Assembly: GCA_016712535.1 (NCBI GenBank) | Contig: JADJQW010000002.1 | Span: forward strand, 520,254 to 584,253 | Origin: Flavobacteriales bacterium | Lineage (GTDB): Bacteria > Bacteroidota > Bacteroidia > Flavobacteriales_F > PHOS-HE28 | Length of the DNA: 64,000 nucleotides | Direction: 5' to 3' | In this document: positions 58,901 to 64,000 of the stretch, in pieces | How the letters are laid out: every line of letters begins with the position of its first letter | Numbering within the stretch: position 1 is the first letter of the stretch | Program-made: the position numbers and the translations under genes | The notes under the pieces: generated by a model | What the model was told of the DNA's origin: nothing | Databases searched by the model: none | What the model saw: the letters and a program-made list of their open reading frames with translations, nothing else

Positions 58901-61900
58901 TGCTGCTGACGCTCGCGCAAGGCGGCGGAACAGCAATCGTGTACGTATATGCGCCGGCACTCATGGTAGCGGGGTCGAAGAGGTCACCGGCTACAGCACT
59001 GGGTCCTGTCCAGGCGCCACCAGGGTCAGGTGAGCCACCGAGCTGGGCGAACAGGCCGATCGGCGCATCGCTGAAGCATAGGGTGATGGAACCATCTGTG
59101 CCGGGGTCGGGTTCACTAACGACCGTCACCATCACCTGTGATTGATCATCAGGGCAAGGCGCCGTTCCGTTCACCGTGTAGGCGTATGCGCCAGCCGTCA
59201 TCGTTGCGGGGTTGAACATCCCGCCCGCCACCGGCGAGGGACCGCTCCACGTTCCACCCGCCTGCGCGCCGACGCCAAGCGCTGCGAACAACAATGCCGG
59301 CGGACTGCTGATGCAGAGCGTGATCGCCCCATCGGTGCCTGCGTTCGGCGGTGCGATCTCGGTGATGGTCACGGTGCTGCTCGCGTTCACGCACGGCGGC
59401 GGAACGGTGATCGTGTAGGTGTAGACGCCGGGGACCATCGTGGCGGGATCAAACAGTCCACCGACCACTGCGGAAGGCCCGCTCCACGTGCCGCCTGCAT
59501 CGGGTGTGCCGCCTAGTTCAGCGAAGAGGTCGATGGAAGCATCCGTTGCGCAGAGCGTCGCGCTGCCCGGTGCACCAGCATCCGGTGCGGCAACAACGGT
59601 CACCGTCACCTGTGATTGAGCATCAGGGCAAGGCGCCGTTCCGTTCACCGTGTAGGTGTATGCGCCAGCCGTCATCGTTGCGGGGTTGAACATCCCGCCC
59701 ACCACCGGCGAAGGACCGCTCCACGTTCCACCCGCCTGCGCGCCGCCGCCAAGCGCTGCGAACAACGATGCCGGCGGACTGCTGATGCAGAGCGTGATCG
59801 CCCCATCGGTGCCTGCGTTCGGCGGTGCGATCTCGGTGATGGTCACGGTGCTGCTGGCGTTCACGCATGGCGGCGGCACCGTGATCGTGTAGGTGTAGAC
59901 GCCGGGGACCATCGTGGCGGGGTCGTATTGTCCGCCGAGCACGGGAGAAGGGCCGCTCCATGTGCCGCCGAGATCCGGTGTGCCGCCCAATTCAGCGTAG
60001 AGGTCTATGGCCGCATCCGTGGCGCAAAGTGTCGCACTGCCGGGCGTGCCTGCATCCGGCGCAGCAACGACGTTCACCGTCACCGTGCTTTGGTCATTCG
60101 GGCATGGTGCCGTGCCGCTCACGGTGTAGGTGTACACACCTGCGCTCATCGTCGCCGGGTTGAACATGCCGCCGACGACAGGCGATGGTCCGCTCCATGT
60201 TCCGCCAGCCTGTGCGCCGCCACCCAGCGCTGCGAACAGCGATGCCGCCGGGCTGCTGATGCAGAGCGTGATCGCGCCATCGGTGCCTGCGTTGGGCGGC
60301 GCGATCTCGGTGATGGTCACGGTGCTGCTGGCGTTCACGCATGGCGGCGGCACCGCGATCGTGTAGGTGTACACCCCGGGGTTCATCGTGGCAGGGTCAT
60401 ACACGCCGCCTACTACGGGTGATGGCCCGCTCCACGCACCGCCTGCGTCGGGTGTTCCGCCCAATTCACTGAAGAGCAAGAGTGAAGCATCGATCGCGCA
60501 GAGCGTAGCGCTGCCCGGAGTCCCTGCATTCGGATTCGTCGCCACGCTCACATCAACTGTTGCGGAAACCGAGGGGCATGGGGCAGTTCCGTTGACCGTG
60601 TATGAGTACAAACCGACTGCATCCACACCGGGCGTGAAGCTTCCGGTGGAGGCGCCTCCTCCGGGCGCAGTCCAGCTTCCACCGAGGTCAGGCGTGCCAT
60701 TCAGTCCTGTGATCAGTGCTGTGGCCGGGCTCGAAGAGCAGAGCGTGAGGCCGCCATTGATGCCCGCATCGGGCATGGTGTTCACTGTGACTGTGACGAG
60801 CGCGATGTCAGCTGGACAGGGAGTTGCGCCATTGACCGCATAGGAGTAAACGCCTGATGCATCGATCCCAGGGGTGAAGGTGCCCGAATGCGCGGCTGCA
60901 TTGAAGCTCCATGCGCCACCAACTTGCGGTGCACCATTCAACAAGCCGAACAAGTCGAATGCCGCATCGATTTCACATACCGTGATTCCTCCATCGCCAC
61001 CTGCATCGGGCGGTGCGTTGATCGTCACCGTCACCGTAGATGCTGCGTCAATGCACGGCGCAGCGCCGGCGACCGTGTAGGTGTACACGCCCGCGAGCAT
61101 CGTCGCAGGATCGATCATGCCGCCGACGACCGGCGAAGGACCGCTCCATGTTCCACCGGCATCCGGCGTTCCGCCGAGCTGCGCGAAGAGACTTGCGGCA
61201 GCATCACTCGAGCAGAGCGTGATCGCGCCATCGGTCCCGGGATCAGGCGGTGCGTTGATCGTCACCGTCACCGTTGCTTGCTCATCGGGGCAAGGCGCTG
61301 TTCCGGTCACGGTGTAGGTGTACACGCCCGCGAGCATCGTCGCGGGATCAATCATGCCGCCGACGACCGCAGAAGGACCGCTCCATGCTCCACCGGCATC
61401 CGGCGTTCCGCCGAGCTGCGCGAAGAGACTTGCGGCAGCATCACTCGAGCAGAGCGTGATCGCGCCATCGGTTCCGGGATCCGGCGGTGCGTTGATCGTC
61501 ACCGTCACCGTTGCTTGCTCATCGGGGCAAGGCGCTGTTCCGGTCACGGTGTAGGTGTACACGCCCGCGAGCATCGTCGCGGGATCGATCATGCCGCCGA
61601 CGACCGGCGAAGGACCGCTCCATGTTCCACCGGCATCCGGCGTTCCGCCGAGCTGCGCGAAGAGACTTGCGGCAGCATCACTCGAGCAGAGCGTGATCGC
61701 GCCATCGGTCCCGGGATCAGGCGGTGCGTTGATCGTCACCGTCACCGTTGCTTGCTCATCGGGGCAAGGCGCTGTTCCGGTCACGGTGTAGGTGTACACG
61801 CCCGCGAGCATCGTCGCAGGATCGATCATGCCGCCGACCACTGCACTTGGACCGCTCCATGTTCCACCGGCATCCGGCGTTCCGCCGAGCTGCGCAAAGA

Positions 61901-64000
61901 GTGAAGCAGGAGCATCGCTCGAGCAGAGCGTGATTGCGCCATCGGTCCCGGGATCGGGCGGTGCGTTGATCGTCACCGTCACCGTTGCTTGCTCGTCGGG
62001 GCAAGGCGCTGTGCCTGTCACGGTGTAGGTGTACACGCCCGCGAGCATCGTCGCGGGATCGATCATGCCGCCGACGACCGGCGAAGGACCGCTCCATGCT
62101 CCACCGGCATCCGGCGTTCCGCCGAGCTGCGCGAAGAGTGAAGCAGGAGCGTCGCTCGAGCAGAGCGTGATCGCGCCATCGGTCCCGGGATCAGGCGGTG
62201 CGTTGATCGTCACCGTCACCGTTGCTTGCTCATCGGGGCAAGGCGCTGTGCCTGTCACGGTGTAGGTGTACACGCCCGCGAGCATCGTCGCGGGATCGAT
62301 CATGCCGCCGACGACCGGCGAAGGACCGCTCCATGCTCCACCGGCATCCGGCGTTCCGCCGAGCTGCGCGAAGAGTGAAGCAGGAGCGTCGCTCGAGCAG
62401 AGCGTGATCGCGCCATCGGTCCCGGGATCAGGCGGTGCGTTGATCGTCACCGTCACCGTTGCTTGCTCATCGGGGCAAGGCGCTGTGCCTGTCACGGTGT
62501 AGGTGTACACGCCCGCGAGCATCGTCGCGGGATCGATCATGCCGCCGACGACCGGCGAAGGACCGCTCCATGCTCCACCGGCATCCGGCGTTCCGCCGAG
62601 CTGCGCGAAGAGTGAAGCAGGAGCATCGCTCGAGCAGAGCGTGATCGCGCCATCGGTCCCGGGATCGGGCGGTGCGTTGATCGTCACCGTCACCGTTGCT
62701 TGCTCGTCGGGGCAAGGCGCTGTGCCTGTCACGGTGTAGGTGTACACGCCCGCGAGCATCGTCGCGGGATCGATCATGCCGCCGACGACCGGCGAAGGAC
62801 CGCCCCATGTTCCACCGGCATCCGGCGTTCCGCCGAGCTGCGCGAAGAGTGAAGCAGGAGCATCGCTCGAGCAGAGCGTGATCGCGCCATCGGTCCCGGG
62901 ATCGGGCGGTGCGTTGATCGTCACCGTCACCGTCGCGCTCTCGTCAGGGCAGGGCGCTGTGCCTGTCACGGTGTAGGTGTACACGCCCGCGAGCATCGTC
63001 GCGGGATCGATCATGCCGCCGACGACCGGCGAAGGACCGCTCCATGTTCCACCGGCATCCGGCGTTCCGCCGAGCTGCGCGAAGAGTGAAGCAGGAGCGT
63101 CGCTCGAGCAGAGCGTGATCGCGCCATCGGTCCCGGGATCAGGCGGTGCGTTGATCGTCACCGTCACCGTTGCTTGCTCATCGGGGCAAGGCGCTGTGCC
63201 TGTCACGGTGTAGGTGTACACGCCCGCGAGCATCGTCGCGGGATCGATCATGCCGCCGACGACCGGCGAAGGACCGCTCCATGCTCCACCGGCATCCGGC
63301 GTTCCGCCGAGCTGCGCGAAGAGTGAAACAGCTGGATCTGATGAACACAGCGTGATAGCACCGCTCGTGCCGGCATTCGGGGCCTGATTAATGGCGACGG
63401 TCAGTGTGGCAATGTCATTCGGGCATGGGGCCGTGCCAATGACGGTGTAGGTGTAAACACCTGGCGGATCAACTGCTGGGTCGAGGCCGCCGCTCATCGC
63501 ACCGCCTCCAGGACCTGTCCATGAACCAGTTCCATCGGGCCCACCGCCTAACTGCGCAACCATCACTACCGGCGCGCTGGTCGTGCATAGCGTAATGCTC
63601 GCGTCCAGTCCGGCGTTGGGAGGTGCGCTCTCCGAAACAGCAACGGTAGCATCAGCGTTCGGGCATGGCGCCGTTCCGTTCACCGTGTAGGTGTACACGC
63701 CAGGGTTCATCGTGGCCGGGTTGTAGTTGCCTCCAATCACCGGCGATGGCCCGGTCCAGGTGCCGCCGGGCTGCGCGTTTCCACCGAGCAGAAAGAACAT
63801 CGATTGCGCAGCATCGGTGCTGCAAACAGCGAGGCTCGTCGGCGTGCCGGCATCGGGCAACGGATATACGGTCACATTCACTGTACTGCTCACCGGCGCG
63901 CCGCACGCTCCACCGCCACCCACCGTGTAGGTGTAGATGCCCGGTGGGTCGACGCCCGGGACGAACATGTTGGAATGCGCTCCGCCGCCGGGCATCGTCC
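55971..64000 (-). CDS. Giant SprB-like cell-surface adhesin, C-terminal part (>2,670 aa in window): tandem ~79-aa Ig-like repeats, SprB-type repeats, a PKD-like domain and a type-B T9SS / gliding-motility-associated C-terminal domain. The N-terminus lies beyond the window.
   Basis: Single open frame across 8 kb. C-terminus VPNAVTPNGDGENDTFMPIF...MIFDRWGLLL...VYVWKMKF is the type-B T9SS CTD. Upstream are SprB-repeat-like units (CNGVCDGTASVSATGGNGAYDYAWSG..., CPGACDGSITVV...GQYVVLMQDANGC). Before that are at least 30 units of the pattern DAG.DG.ITLC...LF..LGG.PD.GG.W.GP...GG..DPA....G.YTYTV.G..PC.D..ATVTV. Confidence 0.8.
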   Translation of the reverse strand, partial: TMPGGGAHSNMFVPGVDPPGIYTYTVGGGGACGAPVSSTVNVTVYPLPDAGTPTSLAVCSTDAAQSMFFLLGGNAQPGGTWTGPSPVIGGNYNPATMNPGVYTYTVNGTAPCPNADATVAVSESAPPNAGLDASITLCTTSAPVVMVAQLGGGPDGTGSWTGPGGGAMSGGLDPAVDPPGVYTYTVIGTAPCPNDIATLTVAINQAPNAGTSGAITLCSSDPAVSLFAQLGGTPDAGGAWSGPSPVVGGMIDPATMLAGVYTYTVTGTAPCPDEQATVTVTINAPPDPGTDGAITLCSSDAPASLFAQLGGTPDAGGTWSGPSPVVGGMIDPATMLAGVYTYTVTGTAPCPDESATVTVTINAPPDPGTDGAITLCSSDAPASLFAQLGGTPDAGGTWGGPSPVVGGMIDPATMLAGVYTYTVTGTAPCPDEQATVTVTINAPPDPGTDGAITLCSSDAPASLFAQLGGTPDAGGAWSGPSPVVGGMIDPATMLAGVYTYTVTGTAPCPDEQATVTVTINAPPDPGTDGAITLCSSDAPASLFAQLGGTPDAGGAWSGPSPVVGGMIDPATMLAGVYTYTVTGTAPCPDEQATVTVTINAPPDPGTDGAITLCSSDAPASLFAQLGGTPDAGGAWSGPSPVVGGMIDPATMLAGVYTYTVTGTAPCPDEQATVTVTINAPPDPGTDGAITLCSSDAPASLFAQLGGTPDAGGTWSGPSAVVGGMIDPATMLAGVYTYTVTGTAPCPDEQATVTVTINAPPDPGTDGAITLCSSDAAASLFAQLGGTPDAGGTWSGPSPVVGGMIDPATMLAGVYTYTVTGTAPCPDEQATVTVTINAPPDPGTDGAITLCSSDAAASLFAQLGGTPDAGGAWSGPSAVVGGMIDPATMLAGVYTYTVTGTAPCPDEQATVTVTINAPPDPGTDGAITLCSSDAAASLFAQLGGTPDAGGTWSGPSPVVGGMIDPATMLAGVYTYTVAGAAPCIDAASTVTVTINAPPDAGGDGGITVCEIDAAFDLFGLLNGAPQVGGAWSFNAAAHSGTFTPGIDASGVYSYAVNGATPCPADIALVTVTVNTMPDAGINGGLTLCSSSPATALITGLNGTPDLGGSWTAPGGGASTGSFTPGVDAVGLYSYTVNGTAPCPSVSATVDVSVATNPNAGTPGSATLCAIDASLLLFSELGGTPDAGGAWSGPSPVVGGVYDPATMNPGVYTYTIAVPPPCVNASSTVTITEIAPPNAGTDGAITLCISSPAASLFAALGGGAQAGGTWSGPSPVVGGMFNPATMSAGVYTYTVSGTAPCPNDQSTVTVNVVAAPDAGTPGSATLCATDAAIDLYAELGGTPDLGGTWSGPSPVLGGQYDPATMVPGVYTYTITVPPPCVNASSTVTITEIAPPNAGTDGAITLCISSPPASLFAALGGGAQAGGTWSGPSPVVGGMFNPATMTAGAYTYTVNGTAPCPDAQSQVTVTVVAAPDAGAPGSATLCATDASIDLFAELGGTPDAGGTWSGPSAVVGGLFDPATMVPGVYTYTITVPPPCVNASSTVTITEIAPPNAGTDGAITLCISSPPALLFAALGVGAQAGGTWSGPSPVAGGMFNPATMTAGAYAYTVNGTAPCPDDQSQVMVTVVSEPDPGTDGSITLCFSDAPIGLFAQLGGSPDPGGAWTGPSAVAGDLFDPATMSAGAYTYTIAVPPPCASVSSTVVVNVIQPPDAGIDGALTLCITSPAVALINSLGGTPDAGGTWSGPSPVIGGAFNPATMSAGAYTYTVNGTTPCPADAATATLTVVTEPDPGGPGFLTICGNAAPDDLFSYLEGSPDQGGLWTTPAGTAFNGLFDPAVMASGVYTYTIAVPPPCASVSSTVTVDVVSPPDAGLDCAITLCFSNAPQDLFAILGGTPEPGGSWTTSGGSSYSGTFDPATDAPGVFSYTVQGAAPCPADAASVTVAVTQLPNAGADDILNLCVVGDAVDLYPLLGAADPGGTWTGPNGTSNGIFTPGASAPGDYSYSVNGVAPCPSASAVITVNVLSNADAGIDGASTLCGDNAPIDLFDLLGGSPDAGGSWFAPDGSPATGGFDPSVQAAGTYTYILFVPAPCENDTSIVAMSIVAPVDPGIDGSATLCSDDAPVALFNLLNGSPDAGGEWTAPNGTPSENNFDPATDAPGSYVYTVQATAPCLDQSATVTMAVNPLPDAGTNGAITLCPEAAAIELFSLLGGTPMAGGTWTGPGGQPSNGIFDPATSAQGVYTYTVLGLLPCPNAYASSTATVFLIAPPNAGPDAVSCTLEYTLNATGSWASGSWSGPAGMTFSDPGSPTSTVTAIAGGPYTLTWSVLSTDGCATQDEVTIIFTDAIVPVVALTDAICNGVCDGTASVSATGGNGAYDYAWSGSIAGNSPSATGICAGEYTVTVLDENGCFTIVPFSIDEPEPLVIDTILATDETCPGACDGSITVVDPEGALFSLNGGAFGSGSVFTGLCPGQYVVLMQDANGCSASGMATIARPAPVVADFDFAPETLYVGSSTADFTNTSSPNAVSFSWDFGGVGSSTATSPSFTFPGGLGDTYMVCLTAYDANGCADTHCEPVEVLDALVVWVPNAVTPNGDGENDTFMPIFNLPQLVKDYEFMIFDRWGLLLTRSEQVHAPWGGDYQGEVVQEDVYVWKMKFKNKLTNELTERVGHVTVLK
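61081..63213. repeat. Nine near-identical 237-bp (79-aa) tandem coding repeats inside the giant adhesin gene
   Basis: Same-phase ORFs of identical length at 61081, 61318, 61555, 61792, 62029, 62266, 62503, 62740 and 62977 (period exactly 237 bp). They differ by only 0-4 codons. Flanking units (60874.., 63214..) are progressively more divergent. Confidence 0.8.

Noticed and set aside
60874-63213. Series of identical-length 78-aa plus-strand ORFs (and 61-aa ORFs) at 237-bp spacing
   Set aside because: They are antisense reflections of the tandem coding repeats within the giant minus-strand adhesin gene. The spacing was also considered for a CRISPR array and rejected: the units are 237 bp, contiguous and protein-coding, with no spacer structure.

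Overview
High-GC (~65%) chromosomal segment from a Bacteroidota-type genome. Evidence: eight proteins carry T9SS C-terminal sorting domains, there is a Bacteroidetes-style long YidC, and there is a DUF5606 protein. No rRNA, tRNA or CRISPR arrays were recognised. All calls come from reading the supplied six-frame translations and the raw sequence; no database search was run, so family names reflect recognised motifs.

Core content:
- 1..2.7 kb: response regulator (partial), a TonB C-terminal domain protein and a T9SS-secreted hypothetical protein.
- 2.7..5.5 kb: an SDR oxidoreductase, kbl and an outer-membrane beta-barrel protein.
- 5.7..9.8 kb: the rplM-rpsI-rpsB-tsf-pyrH-frr translation cluster, with a canonical terminator after tsf.
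- 9.8..16 kb: a divergent radical-SAM/SPASM + MMPL exporter pair, followed by rfbA, a polyprenyl synthetase and a TIGR01777-type epimerase-family gene.
- 19.6..25.9 kb: sucA-sucB, then yidC, which is split by a +1 frameshift in a GGGG run.
- 26.6..31.7 kb: an S46 dipeptidyl-peptidase, a DUF2157/GDYXXLXY membrane pair and an EI24/CysZ-like protein.
- 45.8..55.9 kb: two glycosyltransferases, ftsE, a large TPR protein with a beta-barrel outer-membrane protein, and gyrB.

Accessory and unusual content:
- A redox-plus-peptidase neighbourhood (32.4..40.8 kb): a T9SS-sorted pentaheme c-type cytochrome, a T9SS-sorted M28 peptidase, a T9SS-sorted cupredoxin, a DPP-IV-like S9 peptidase and two tandem di-heme cytochrome-c peroxidase paralogs.
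- A RelE/ParE + TIGR02574-like toxin-antitoxin pair.
- A low-GC island (42.6..45.7 kb) with two T9SS cargo genes; one is a tail-fibre / S74-chaperone-like protein interrupted by an in-frame TAA.
- Two intergenic regions built from GGTTGAR / YTCAACC heptads that share an exact 12-mer.
- A giant (>2,670 aa, continues beyond the window) SprB-like adhesin with a type-B T9SS C-terminal domain, containing at least nine almost identical 237-bp tandem coding repeats.
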